A stretch of DNA of 64,000 bases, from the IMG/VR virus record IMGVR_UViG_3300010348_001764. One strand, 5' to 3'. How positions within the stretch are numbered: position 1 is the first letter of the stretch; each line of letters opens with the position of its first letter. The DNA comes from an uncultured virus (IMG/VR IMGVR_UViG_3300010348_001764). Lineage: Duplodnaviria; Heunggongvirae; Uroviricota; Caudoviricetes. The position numbers were made by a program, and so were the translations under genes. This document shows, piece by piece, positions 17,886-27,529 of the stretch. The notes under the pieces are model-generated. The model was not told where the DNA came from, did no database searches, and worked only from the letters and a program-made list of their open reading frames with translations.

Positions 17886-18223
17886 TGAAAGATCGACGTT
17901 CAGCTCGCCCCTTCGGCTACCGCAGCACCGTCTACGGCGATGAGAGCACGCCTCTCATCAAGGTGCAGCTGCACGAGCTGGACGTCGATGAGCAGCTCGC
18001 CCTCGAGCTGGTTCCACGGTACGAGGACGAGCGCTCCACGCTGGAGCTGAAGAAGCACCGTGACGGGCTGAAGCCCTCAGAAATCGGTCGCCTAGCTGAG
18101 CTTGACGCGCTGATCAACGAGGTTCGGTCAAACTGCCGCCACCGCGTCTTCTATGATGAGGCCGGTTTTCTCTACGGCATGCGCTACTGCGCCTGCTGCG
18201 GCGACTACAGGGGGCTTGTGTGA
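17885..18223 (+). CDS. Hypothetical protein with a C-terminal zinc-binding-like motif
   Basis: CRH...CACCG. Confidence 0.55.
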   Translation: MKDRRSARPFGYRSTVYGDESTPLIKVQLHELDVDEQLALELVPRYEDERSTLELKKHRDGLKPSEIGRLAELDALINEVRSNCRHRVFYDEAGFLYGMRYCACCGDYRGLV

Positions 18224-18374
18224 TCCGCCGCCTGGCCCACTTCCTCGCGTACGCCTCCTACTGGCCTGAGAGCTGGAAGCCACGGGTCGAGCAGCTCCTG
18301 TACTTCTGCCTGTGGTTTGAAATCGTCGGAGCCGCCGCCATTCTCTTCATTCAACTCTTCTTCGCTAAAGCAGC

Positions 18375-19250
18375 ATGAGCAAGCGTGACTACTACGAGGT
18401 TCTCGGTGTAGCCAAGAGCGCCACCGAGGAAGACATCAAGAAGGCCTACCGCAAGCTGGCCATGAAGTACCACCCTGACCGCAACCAGGGCGAAGGCTCC
18501 AAGGAAGCTGAGGAGAAGTTCAAGGAGGTCAAGGAGGCGTACGAGCAGCTGTCTGACGCGCAGAAGCGAGCCGCCTACGACCAGCACGGCCACAGCGGGC
18601 CGCAGTACGGCCACTCCGAGATGGACGACATCCTCGACCAGCTGCGCCGCGCTCGAGGTGGCATGGGTGGCTTCCGCCACTTCAAGATGACGCACGAGAT
18701 GCAGGCGCCAGTCACGCTGAAGGAGGCGTACGAGGGCTTCGAGGTCGACATCGACGGCAAGAAGTTCAAGATCCAGCCTGGCACTCCGTTCGGCTACCGC
18801 ACGCCGATCGACGTGGATGAGAACCTCACCGTTGTGGTGCAGACCATCATCAACGACCCGAACTTCAAGGTCACCGACCCGCGCACCTGCGGCTTCTCAC
18901 AGAAGCTGTACGACGGCATCAACTGCGCCGTGCTTGAGACCAGCCCAGTCGAGACCACGATCGACGTCGATGCGCTGGACCTGATGCTCGGCGCCTGGGT
19001 GAAGACAACGGACTTCCTCGGTGAAGAGCTTCTCGTGCGCATCCCAGCCGGCTTCCAGCCCGGCCAGCGCCTGAAGGTGAAGGGCAAGGGCTACGTCAAC
19101 TGGATCCACCAGCTGAAGCGGCCTGAGCACTTCCGCGGCGACATGTTCGTACTCGTTCGACCGACCGTGAAGCCCGCCAAGGAGCTCGACCCTGAGAAGG
19201 TGAAGGCCCTCTACACCCTCGTCTGTGGACAACCGGAGACCAAAGCATGA
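18375..19250 (+). CDS. dnaJ: DnaJ-class co-chaperone (J domain + C-terminal domain, no zinc finger)
   Basis: [10 protein letters not shown]...[17 protein letters not shown] (HPD); LKVKGKG..GDMFV. Confidence 0.9.
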   Translation: MSKRDYYEVLGVAKSATEEDIKKAYRKLAMKYHPDRNQGEGSKEAEEKFKEVKEAYEQLSDAQKRAAYDQHGHSGPQYGHSEMDDILDQLRRARGGMGGFRHFKMTHEMQAPVTLKEAYEGFEVDIDGKKFKIQPGTPFGYRTPIDVDENLTVVVQTIINDPNFKVTDPRTCGFSQKLYDGINCAVLETSPVETTIDVDALDLMLGAWVKTTDFLGEELLVRIPAGFQPGQRLKVKGKGYVNWIHQLKRPEHFRGDMFVLVRPTVKPAKELDPEKVKALYTLVCGQPETKA

Positions 19251-19462
19251 ACCTCATCCAAACTCTCGTCAACGCCGTCTTTGCTACGATCATGACGCTG
19301 GTCATGACGTACCTCGCCAAGGTCACCGCCGACACCGCCTTCATCATCGGCGTGGTGGTCTTCATCGGCCTGGAGATCCGCGCTGACCTGCGCCGCGTCG
19401 AGCAGCGCCTGAAGGAAAACCACTTCTTCCTCGACACCGAGCGCGATGAAGAAGAGGCGTGA
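19247..19462 (+). CDS. Small membrane protein (two hydrophobic segments)
   Basis: Two hydrophobic stretches and a charged C-terminus. Confidence 0.6.
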   Translation: MNLIQTLVNAVFATIMTLVMTYLAKVTADTAFIIGVVVFIGLEIRADLRRVEQRLKENHFFLDTERDEEEA

Positions 19463-20016
19463 TGCTGAAGATAGAAACCAAGCTGGTCAAGGTCATTTCA
19501 GGTGGCCAGTGCGGCGTTGACCAGGGCGCGCTTGCTGCCGCGAGAGAGGTGGGCCTCCTGACCGGTGGCACAGCGCCGAGGGGCTACCGCACCACGCACG
19601 GCCCCTGTCACCTGCTCCGCCACTTCGGGCTGGAGGAGCACGACAGCCCGGACTACCCACCGCGCACTGAGGAGAACGTCAAGAACAGCGACGCGACCCT
19701 CATCATCGCCTGCGACCTCAGCTCTGCAGGTGAGGTGCTGACGATGAACCTGTGCCGTCGGCATGACAAGCCGTTTCACGTCATCGAGGTGGTGCCGCAG
19801 GAAACTGAGCGCCAGTTCTACGCGTACCTCGACAGCCAGGTTGCCACGGCGGCTGAGGCCTTCTTCAGCGAAGTTCGTCCTCGCATCCTGAACGTGGCAG
19901 GCAACCGCGACCAAGGTGACAGCCCAGCTATGTACCTCGTGACGCAGTACGTCATCGTTCGGCTGGTTCAGGAGCTGAGCAACCTCGACCTGGTATTGCG
20001 CGACACTGACCTCTGA
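19459..20016 (+). CDS. SLOG-superfamily protein (putative molybdenum-carrier/YpsA-like)
   Basis: ISGGQCGVDQGAL, GGTAPRG, YPPRTEENVKNSDATLI, LNVAGNR. Confidence 0.75.
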   Translation: MMLKIETKLVKVISGGQCGVDQGALAAAREVGLLTGGTAPRGYRTTHGPCHLLRHFGLEEHDSPDYPPRTEENVKNSDATLIIACDLSSAGEVLTMNLCRRHDKPFHVIEVVPQETERQFYAYLDSQVATAAEAFFSEVRPRILNVAGNRDQGDSPAMYLVTQYVIVRLVQELSNLDLVLRDTDL

Positions 20017-20035
20017 AGCGGGTTACAATGAAGGC

Positions 20036-20572
20036 ATGACTACCCTCAAAGAGCGTTCCAAGTACCTGTCCTACCTGCTGCGCCACGCCCCTGAGAAGGC
20101 CGGCCTGACCCTCGACAAGGAGGGCTGGTGCTCAACCACGCAGCTGGTCCGCAACACCGACTTCACGCTGATGGAGCTGGATGAGATCGTCCGGCTTGAC
20201 GAGAAGCAGCGCTACTCGTTCGACGATGAGCTGAAGTCCAACATCCGCGCCAACCAAGGCCACAGCACCGAGAAGGTCAAGATCACCTTCAAGCGCGCAG
20301 TTCCACCAACCGTGCTGTACCACGGCACCAGCGATGAAGCTGCAGCGAAGATCTGGGCCGAAGGACTGAAGCCGATGAGCCGACACCATGTCCACCTCTC
20401 AGCCGACCTGGAGACAGCCCAGGCAGTTGGTGGCCGGCGCAAGCGCGACCTTGCCATCTTCCACGTCGACGCGAAGTGGATGCTGGCAGATGGTCACCAG
20501 TTCTACATCTCTGACAACGGAGTGTGGCTTGTTGATGCCGTTCCGCCCAAGTACCTTAGGCTCGTCAAATGA
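20036..20572 (+). CDS. kptA: RNA 2'-phosphotransferase (Tpt1/KptA)
   Basis: SYLLRH, KQRY, IRANQGHS, LYHGT, HVHLS, NGVWL. Confidence 0.92.
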   Translation: MTTLKERSKYLSYLLRHAPEKAGLTLDKEGWCSTTQLVRNTDFTLMELDEIVRLDEKQRYSFDDELKSNIRANQGHSTEKVKITFKRAVPPTVLYHGTSDEAAAKIWAEGLKPMSRHHVHLSADLETAQAVGGRRKRDLAIFHVDAKWMLADGHQFYISDNGVWLVDAVPPKYLRLVK

Positions 20573-21534
20573 TCGACCACAACCCTGACCATCTCGAGTT
20601 CCACATGAACGCTGAGTACGACTACCTCGACCTGCTGCGCTACATCCTCGAGAAGGGTGAGGACCGCGGCGACCGCACGGGTACCGGCACCCGCGCTACC
20701 TTCGCGCACACGCTGAACATCGACCTCAGCAAGAAGTTTCCGCTCCTGACCACGAAGTCGGTGCCGTTCAAGTCGGTACTGAGCGAGCTGCTGTGGTTCA
20801 TTGAGGGCAGCGGCGACGAGCGCCGCCTCGCCGAGATCCTGCACGGTACCCGCGACCCTTCCAAGAAGACCATCTGGTCACCGAATGCCGAGGGCACGAG
20901 CGGTTCCAAGTTCAAGCCCGCCTACCCAGGAGACCTGGGCCGGGTGTACGGCGTACAGTGGCGCAAGTGGCAGCACGTCAAGCTGAAGGACGCGGCGGAC
21001 CACCTCAGCCACCCCGATGGTGGCATCACGTACTTCGACGCTCGAGTGCTCGTGGAGGAGGTCGACCAGCTCAAGGACGTCATCAACAAGCTGAAGACCA
21101 ATCCCACCGACCGACGCATCATCATGACTGCCTGGAACCCAGGCGAGCTCAGCGAGATGGCCCTCCCGCCGTGCCACATGTTCGTGCAGTTCTACCTGTC
21201 GAACGACCGCAAGCTGAGCGCGCAGATGTACCAGCGCAGCGTCGACACCTTCCTCGGTCTGCCCTTCAACATCGCCTCGTACGCCCTGCTGGTGCACATG
21301 ATCGCGAACGTGATCGACGCGGTTCCTGGCACGCTGACGCTGAACCTCGGCGACACGCACATCTACAGCGACCATCTTGACCAGGTGCGCGAGCAGCTCA
21401 CCCGCGCACCTCGTGGGCTGCCGACGCTGAAGATCAAGCGTAAGGTCGACAGCATCGATGACTTCACGATGGACGACTTTGAGCTGATCGGCTACGATCC
21501 GCACCCGCCGATCAAGGCGCGGATGGCCGCATAA
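20569..21534 (+). CDS. thyA: Thymidylate synthase (canonical, dUMP-specific)
   Basis: DRTGTGT, FPLLTTK, ELLWF, YGVQWR, MALPPCH, QRSVDTFLGLPFNIASY, HIY. Confidence 0.96.
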   Translation: MIDHNPDHLEFHMNAEYDYLDLLRYILEKGEDRGDRTGTGTRATFAHTLNIDLSKKFPLLTTKSVPFKSVLSELLWFIEGSGDERRLAEILHGTRDPSKKTIWSPNAEGTSGSKFKPAYPGDLGRVYGVQWRKWQHVKLKDAADHLSHPDGGITYFDARVLVEEVDQLKDVINKLKTNPTDRRIIMTAWNPGELSEMALPPCHMFVQFYLSNDRKLSAQMYQRSVDTFLGLPFNIASYALLVHMIANVIDAVPGTLTLNLGDTHIYSDHLDQVREQLTRAPRGLPTLKIKRKVDSIDDFTMDDFELIGYDPHPPIKARMAA

Positions 21535-21543
21535 AGGACGGAA

Positions 21544-21864
21544 ATGGGACACTACGCCTCTGAGATGCAGTGCGATCATTGCGGTCGCCTGCGCTGCACC
21601 TGCCCACTACCACCTGACAAGACCGCAAACTACTGGCTCGTGGCAGAGGACTACAGGGTCATGCGCGCCAAGGACTACGCTGACAGCAAAGGACACGGCG
21701 GACTTGCCTACTTGGCACGCATGATGAAGAAGCATCACAAGAAGCGCGAAGACGCTGAAGCTGAAGCGCGTCTCCGCTGCGAGGCTGCAGTCGAAGCTGC
21801 GCGCGAGCAGCTCACCCGCCTGAAGAAGGTGCTCAAGGTCGAGCGTCCTTGGGAGAAGAAGTGA
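21544..21864 (+). CDS. Hypothetical protein with an N-terminal Cys cluster
   Basis: CDHCGRLRCTC; RBS present. Confidence 0.6.
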   Translation: MGHYASEMQCDHCGRLRCTCPLPPDKTANYWLVAEDYRVMRAKDYADSKGHGGLAYLARMMKKHHKKREDAEAEARLRCEAAVEAAREQLTRLKKVLKVERPWEKK

Positions 21865-22355
21865 AGTCATTCTACCGCTACCTCCGCCCGGTTCGCTTCG
21901 ACACGTCGCGGCTGGAGTTCAACACGCTTCCCAACGGTGGCGTCTGCCTGCGCTTCGATGAGAACGAATGGGCGGGTCTGACGTTCTCCGCAGCCCGCTG
22001 CCATGAGGACGACCACTTCAACAAGGGCGTGGCACGCAAGATCGCTGACAGCCGGATGGCTGTCATCAAGAACGATCCCCGTCTGCTTGAGGCCGCCAGC
22101 ATTCCGTACGTCACCGAGGACACCAACGACCTGGCTGCCCTCGTGATCGACCGCTGCGAGCAGTGGCAGCCGTCGCCGGAAACCCACACTCTCGTCTCCC
22201 ACTACCTGTCCATCGAGTGGAAGGGGCTGGCGCAGCAGCTCTTCAAGCTGCTTCTGCAGAACTCCCAGGAGCGGGAGAAGGGCGCCGCCTTCATCACCGC
22301 AGCCCACGCGCTTGAGCTGGCAGCTGCCTATCAGGAGAGAATGCGTGGAGCATAA
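21861..22355 (+). CDS. Hypothetical protein
   Basis: GTGA coupling; C..EDHFNKGVARKIA motif. Confidence 0.6.
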   Translation: MKSFYRYLRPVRFDTSRLEFNTLPNGGVCLRFDENEWAGLTFSAARCHEDDHFNKGVARKIADSRMAVIKNDPRLLEAASIPYVTEDTNDLAALVIDRCEQWQPSPETHTLVSHYLSIEWKGLAQQLFKLLLQNSQEREKGAAFITAAHALELAAAYQERMRGA

Positions 22356-22815
22356 GGTCGGTGATCTGCTGTCCGTGGAGCAGGGCATCATCCTGCACCA
22401 GGTGAACTGCCAGGGCAAGATGAACTCAGGAGTGGCCAAGGCCATTCGTGAGAAGTGGCCGGTCGTGTTTGAGGAGTACCTCGATCACTGCCATTCAGGT
22501 GTTGTCGCCGAGGACGTGCTTGGCACTGCCCAGGTGATCAAGGTAGGCACCGACCTCTGGGTCGCGAACCTCTTCGGTCAGCTGAACTACGGATACGACG
22601 GTCGCCGCTACACCTCCTACGACGCGCTTGACAGCGGGCTGGCAGCTGTGGCGGCATGGATGTTCGAGAACAACTTCACCAGTGCAGATGCGCACCACCC
22701 GCTGCTCGGCAGTGACCGGGGTGGAGCCTGCTGGGGAGTGGTGGCTGCGCTGATCAAGCACCGCATCGGCGATCGAACCACGCTGTGGACGCTTCCCTTC
22801 CAGGAGAGGGTCTAA
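22345..22815 (+). CDS. Macro domain protein (ADP-ribose processing)
   Basis: GDLL..IILHQVNCQGKMNSGVAKAIREKWP, VANLFGQ, PLLGSDRGGACW. Confidence 0.85.
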   Translation: MEHKVGDLLSVEQGIILHQVNCQGKMNSGVAKAIREKWPVVFEEYLDHCHSGVVAEDVLGTAQVIKVGTDLWVANLFGQLNYGYDGRRYTSYDALDSGLAAVAAWMFENNFTSADAHHPLLGSDRGGACWGVVAALIKHRIGDRTTLWTLPFQERV

Positions 22816-22818
22816 ATA
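22813..22818 (+). promoter_or_regulatory. T4-like late promoter TAAATA
   Basis: Hexamer in a GC-rich genome just upstream of an ATG. Further + strand copies at 24466, 25701, 27478, 28988, 36652, 39551, 40471, 42449 and 60789. Confidence 0.75.
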
Positions 22819-22842
22819 GCCGGTCACCCAACCGGTACCGCA

Positions 22843-24468
22843 ATGCAGCTCATCTCTCAGCTTCAGGAAGCCTCCGACCTGCCCCTTGAGCAGGTCGTTC
22901 CGGCCATGAAGAAGGACAAGCGGGTCAACCAGATCTTCAAGAAGCTGGAACCCGACGACGTGGACGACTGGAAGACCCTGATCGCCACGCTCAAGTACTA
23001 CTTCTTCAACAACCAGAACGTTGTCAGGTACCTTGACACCGACAAGGAGCACAGCGAGTACCTGTCGCGTCGGTCGTTCCGCTACCTTCGCGGACGCATC
23101 CACAAGAACGAGGTGCTTGACCGCTACGACCTTGAGCTGATCCGCAACATGGTCAACGCCCTTCCCAAGGAACTGGAGAAGGACGTCAAGCCGCAGGCCC
23201 GTTCAGGCATCAGCAACGCGCTGGATCAGTGGCTCGGTGGCAGCCGGCCGCACATGACCGCCCATGCCGCTGTGCTGTTTGCCTCCTTCCCAAGCGTTCG
23301 TCCCAAGAAGCCGGTAGTCGTCTACCGTGGTGTCATGTTCAACGAGAAGGACCTCAGCGAGGAGCCCGACTACAACGGCACCATGACAGTCGGTAGCGGT
23401 GTCAAGTTCCTGCGCTCGATGCGCGAGGGCAAGCGGATTGCCGACCTGGAATGGGATGAGTACACCAGCTGGACTACGGACCCTAAGCGCGCCAGAAACC
23501 AGGCGATGGGCAACGAGTACAGCTATGTTGACAGCGAGAAAATGAGCTACCGCGGCCGCCTTGGCTTCGTCATCACGATGCTGGCTGATCCAAAGGACAT
23601 CGTCGTTGACAGTCGCCTCGTACCAGCAGAGTACAAGTACGTGCCAGCCGACACCATCGTCGTCAAGCCAGGTAAGTACACGTGCCGCGTGATCCGCCGC
23701 TTCAGCCCCACAGGTGAAGAGGACGTGCTGCACCGCAACAGCGAGCTGGAGGGGGAGCTGGAGAACATGGAGGAGATGCTGACGCTCCTCAACCGCATCA
23801 TCAAGCTGCCGTACCCGTACCCTGAGGTTGCAGGCGACGGCATCAGCGGCCGTACCGATGTCAAGCTCTACGCGCAGCTCATCAAGCCGGAGGCTGCTGA
23901 GAAGATCGACAAGGTCATCGATCAGGTGCACGCCGTCTTCAATGAGCACCTGCAGCACATCGACCGCGCTGAGCTTGAGAAGGCTGCAGGCGGACGGTTC
24001 GGAAAGATTGCTACAGCCATCAAGGGGCTGCAGAAGCAGTTCACTGACTTTGTGACCACGAAAAGAGGCGTGAGCCGCTACGACAGGGGCGAGAGCGCGC
24101 CGCGTCATACGGTTCCAGCTTCCACCGCCCGCCTTTCAAGCGGCTACAGTCACTCGCGCTCCATTCGCAGCATCGGGGCAGCAACCGCCCGCTACCGGGA
24201 CTGGAGCACCGGCTCTGGTCTCATTGCGCTATCGCACCTTCTCGGGGTTCCAATTCTGAAGGACAGCCACCAGCGCGGTCACAAGGACCAGCAGAAGTGG
24301 CTGAGCGACATCATTGCCGCCTACTCGAAGCAGGTGCGCCCAATTCCATCTGACAACAAGGCCGGAGCTGCCGCAATAGCCGCCGACACCGACATCTTCA
24401 TGCAGAACGTCAAGCAGCTGGGCTATCTGAAGGATGCCAAGGAGCTGCTGGCGCAGCTGGAAGGCTAA
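22843..24468 (+). CDS. Late protein with an ADP-ribosyltransferase-like domain (Alt-like candidate)
   Basis: VVYRGV and YTSWTT match R-S-E class ART motifs; late promoter upstream; canonical catalytic Glu not evident. Confidence 0.55.
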   Translation: MQLISQLQEASDLPLEQVVPAMKKDKRVNQIFKKLEPDDVDDWKTLIATLKYYFFNNQNVVRYLDTDKEHSEYLSRRSFRYLRGRIHKNEVLDRYDLELIRNMVNALPKELEKDVKPQARSGISNALDQWLGGSRPHMTAHAAVLFASFPSVRPKKPVVVYRGVMFNEKDLSEEPDYNGTMTVGSGVKFLRSMREGKRIADLEWDEYTSWTTDPKRARNQAMGNEYSYVDSEKMSYRGRLGFVITMLADPKDIVVDSRLVPAEYKYVPADTIVVKPGKYTCRVIRRFSPTGEEDVLHRNSELEGELENMEEMLTLLNRIIKLPYPYPEVAGDGISGRTDVKLYAQLIKPEAAEKIDKVIDQVHAVFNEHLQHIDRAELEKAAGGRFGKIATAIKGLQKQFTDFVTTKRGVSRYDRGESAPRHTVPASTARLSSGYSHSRSIRSIGAATARYRDWSTGSGLIALSHLLGVPILKDSHQRGHKDQQKWLSDIIAAYSKQVRPIPSDNKAGAAAIAADTDIFMQNVKQLGYLKDAKELLAQLEG

Positions 24469-24471
24469 ATA
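24466..24471 (+). promoter_or_regulatory. Late promoter TAAATA
   Basis: Overlaps the upstream stop codon; 23 nt before the ATG at 24495. Confidence 0.75.
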
Positions 24472-24494
24472 GCCAAGCATTTTTCCTGCCGATC

Positions 24495-25493
24495 ATGTCC
24501 CGCACCTTCAAGCAGTTCCTTACGGAAAGCACCATCACCTTCGATACGAAGGACATCTCCTCTACTGGAAAGCAGAAGGGGCGCGAGGCGCTGCTCAAGG
24601 CAGCAGGTCTGTCCGCGCAGGACTACGCGAAGATGAAGTCGTACTTCAAGCCGGCAACAGCAGCGAACTTCGTCTCAGCGTACAACGCGTTCGTCGACGC
24701 CTTCCCGAAGCAGGCAGCAGCCATCAACGCCACGAAGCCAGAAGGCATCGGTCCTGGTGAGATGGTCATGTACTTCGTATTCAACAACGTCGGCATCGGT
24801 GGCAAGAACGCGCCAATTGACATCTACCTGGACGGCAAGGAGTTTGCTGAAACCAAGGGCGGTCGAAAGCGCGGTTCAAGCGAGCTGAACAACTTCAAGA
24901 TTACCAAGGACGGCGACAAGGCAGTCACGCAGCTGCTCAAGGACTTGGCCAAGTTCAACGACAAGTACGAAGAGATCACCGGTGAGGAGCTGGAAGGGTG
25001 GAAGGGCTCAGGCGCCGCCACGACCGACAGCCTACGTGCCTGGAAGGACATCGACCTCAAGGACCTGGCAAAGACCACCAAGGGCGGCTCCAAGAAGAAC
25101 ATCGACCTCGTTCTGAAGAAGGACGGCGACCTCCTCCGCAAGGGTGAGGAAGACCCGCTCATGAACGTCAAGACGGACAAGAGCGTCGCGCCGATCAAGA
25201 AGCTGATCAGCGGTGAGGGCTCGGTCGCCGTCGACGACGCCATCAGCACGATCGACAAGATCATCCAGCGCTGGGTAGACCAGGCGTTCTCGGACTACAT
25301 TGAGGGCAAGCGCTTCGCGCTCGTCGAAACTGGCAACCTGAAGCTGCGCTTCTTTGGGAAGCTCACGAAGGACATGCTCGGACTGGACTACACCAACCGA
25401 AACCAGCCGTACGCAGTGGTCAACTTGGCACCATCTACGAAGTCCAAGGGCAAAGCTAAGGCTGAAAAGCCGGCTGAGGAAGCTGAGGAATGA
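24495..25493 (+). CDS. Putative head-packaged protein with a PD-(D/E)xK nuclease-like motif
   Basis: N-terminus MSRTFKQFLTE resembles the T4 capsid-targeting sequence; GPGE...IDIYLDGKEFAETK. Confidence 0.55.
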   Translation: MSRTFKQFLTESTITFDTKDISSTGKQKGREALLKAAGLSAQDYAKMKSYFKPATAANFVSAYNAFVDAFPKQAAAINATKPEGIGPGEMVMYFVFNNVGIGGKNAPIDIYLDGKEFAETKGGRKRGSSELNNFKITKDGDKAVTQLLKDLAKFNDKYEEITGEELEGWKGSGAATTDSLRAWKDIDLKDLAKTTKGGSKKNIDLVLKKDGDLLRKGEEDPLMNVKTDKSVAPIKKLISGEGSVAVDDAISTIDKIIQRWVDQAFSDYIEGKRFALVETGNLKLRFFGKLTKDMLGLDYTNRNQPYAVVNLAPSTKSKGKAKAEKPAEEAEE

Positions 25494-25678
25494 AGCACTC
25501 AGAGATCTACGACAAGCACACCGATCGTCGAAAGGGCGGCGGCAAGCCGAAAAAGTTTAAGGAAAACAAGGACTTTGACGCCCGTCAACGCCGCGTTTCC
25601 TTCAAGAACTACGTTCGGGAGCTTGAGGAAGAGCTGCTGGAGCAGGACCTGAACGACGATCTACCTCCTCAGGAGTAA
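25490..25678 (+). CDS. Small charged hypothetical protein
   Basis: ATGA-coupled; basic N-terminal half, acidic C-terminal half. Confidence 0.6.
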   Translation: MKHSEIYDKHTDRRKGGGKPKKFKENKDFDARQRRVSFKNYVRELEEELLEQDLNDDLPPQE

Positions 25679-25700
25679 GTCGCCTCAAACCCCGGTCCCG

Positions 25701-25706
25701 TAAATA
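25701..25706 (+). promoter_or_regulatory. Late promoter TAAATA
   Basis: Intergenic, upstream of 25729. Confidence 0.75.
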
Positions 25707-25728
25707 GGGACATCACAAGGGTGCCAGC

Positions 25729-26223
25729 ATGCTCGTAGTACCACTCAAGGGCGACAAGATCGAAACGAAGGACGGCGTGGAGTTCACCGTGCTCTCCTTC
25801 TCCAACTACAAGGACAAGGGACCGGCGGTTTACGTCGAGCACACTCCCTCAGTCCCGTCTGACGCCGTCTACTTCTTCGACATCCACAAGATCAACGGCA
25901 AGGTCGTTGAGTTCGTGCCTGGTCAGAAGGTCTTCCGCGCCACTGGTGAGCTGAAGCGCCGCTACCAGCTGCCGCAGGTGAACGACACCGTCACCTTCCG
26001 CGGCAAGGAAGGCAGCACCGACTTGGTAGTCACCGGCCTGAAGCTGCACAAGAAGAACGAGCTTGCCAAGGGCCTGTTCGTCGTCGGTACCGAGAAGGAC
26101 AGCGACGAGAAGGTCTACGTTCGCCTCGACCAGATCACCGACATCAAGCGCGACATCGGCAACGACATGTTCAAGCGCGACAGCTTCCTGTCGTACTACT
26201 CTGACTACAGGGGCTCTCGGTGA
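25729..26223 (+). CDS. Hypothetical late protein
   Basis: Downstream of a late promoter; typical codon usage. Confidence 0.7.
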   Translation: MLVVPLKGDKIETKDGVEFTVLSFSNYKDKGPAVYVEHTPSVPSDAVYFFDIHKINGKVVEFVPGQKVFRATGELKRRYQLPQVNDTVTFRGKEGSTDLVVTGLKLHKKNELAKGLFVVGTEKDSDEKVYVRLDQITDIKRDIGNDMFKRDSFLSYYSDYRGSR

Positions 26224-26429
26224 CCAAGCTGCTCAACCAAGTGGCGGCTGGTAAGACCAAGACCGCATTTCAAACCTATACCATCCAGCACGGCATCGAG
26301 CGCATTCCGGTGCAGGTGCCTCTCGCTGAAGCTGCAGCGTTCGAGCAGAAGTTTGCTGCGCTTGCAGACAAGTCGAAGGCCAACCTGCTGGAGCTGCTTC
26401 AATCGGTAGGCGGAAAGGTGAGGACCTAA
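26220..26429 (+). CDS. Hypothetical protein
   Basis: GTGA coupling. Confidence 0.55.
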   Translation: MTKLLNQVAAGKTKTAFQTYTIQHGIERIPVQVPLAEAAAFEQKFAALADKSKANLLELLQSVGGKVRT

Positions 26430-26430
26430 C

Positions 26431-27480
26431 GTGGCCGACAAGCAGTTGTTTACCAACAACGCGATCTCCCTGCTCGCGTCAAGCATCTCTGCCTCAGCCA
26501 CCTCGCTGCAGGTGATGGCAGGCTACGGCAACCTCTTCCCGAGCCCTGGCCCTGGTGAGTACTTCCTCATCACGCTTGAAGATGAGAGCGCCACCGTTCG
26601 CGAAATCGTTCGCGTCAACAGCCGAGTTGGTGATGTTCTCGGCGGCCTCGTTCGCGCCCAGGAAGGAACGATCGCACGGGCCTGGACATCAGGTCCTGGT
26701 GTTGACACGCTTGTTGATCACCGCGTCACCGCTGAGACGATGCGCCTGGCGATGGAGCTCCCTGAGCTCTCGCTGAACGGTCTCACAGATGTCAACACGA
26801 CAGGCGCAGTAGCTGGTCAGGTCCTCAAATTCAATGGCACCGACTGGGTGCCAGGCACCGACAACTCAGGCAGCGGTGGTGCAACCGCCCTTGACCAGCT
26901 TACCGACGTTGACACCTCGACCACGCCTCCGGCAGTTGGTCAGACCCTGAAGTGGAACGGTACGAACTGGGTTCCTGGCAACGACAACGACACGATCTTC
27001 ACGCCAGGTTCCATCAACGCGTTCACTGACGTTGATACCGCCACGGTTCCACCCACCGTCGGCCAGTCGCTGGTCTGGAACGGCACCAACTGGGTACCGC
27101 AGACCATCAGCGGCGGCAGCGGAACTGCATGGATCTACGGTGAGAACACCGGCCCCACCCTCATCGATCCGGGCTGGACAGTTCCCATCAGCATCGCCAC
27201 CTACTCAGCCGACAACCGCACCTTCAAGTTCCTGGTCACCGTCACCATGGCATCGAACGGCAACTCAGAAAGCTTTGAGGTGCTGGCGAACGTTGAAGGC
27301 AACATCGTGGCCAACACCGAAACTGTCACGTGGGTTCGGTATGGCCGCATCGGCCACAAGTTCTCGGGTCAGTTTTCCATCATGCTTGTTCCCACAATGA
27401 ACATGCTAGAAGCGGTGTGGCAGAACACCGAAGCGCAGCAGGTGCGCGTAATGTGCACCAGAATTCAACACGCGGCATAA
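26431..27480 (+). CDS. Tail-fibre/virion structural protein with three LTDV..VGQ.L.WNGTNWVP repeats
   Basis: FTNNA..LASSISASATSL N-terminus, RAQEGT, and repeats typical of phage fibres. Confidence 0.75.
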   Translation: MADKQLFTNNAISLLASSISASATSLQVMAGYGNLFPSPGPGEYFLITLEDESATVREIVRVNSRVGDVLGGLVRAQEGTIARAWTSGPGVDTLVDHRVTAETMRLAMELPELSLNGLTDVNTTGAVAGQVLKFNGTDWVPGTDNSGSGGATALDQLTDVDTSTTPPAVGQTLKWNGTNWVPGNDNDTIFTPGSINAFTDVDTATVPPTVGQSLVWNGTNWVPQTISGGSGTAWIYGENTGPTLIDPGWTVPISIATYSADNRTFKFLVTVTMASNGNSESFEVLANVEGNIVANTETVTWVRYGRIGHKFSGQFSIMLVPTMNMLEAVWQNTEAQQVRVMCTRIQHAA

Positions 27481-27483
27481 ATA
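27478..27483 (+). promoter_or_regulatory. Late promoter TAAATA
   Basis: Overlaps the upstream stop; upstream of 27530. Confidence 0.75.
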
Positions 27484-27529
27484 CGCCGTCACAGACCAAC
27501 AACGGTTACCCCTCTAGGAGACACCAAAC

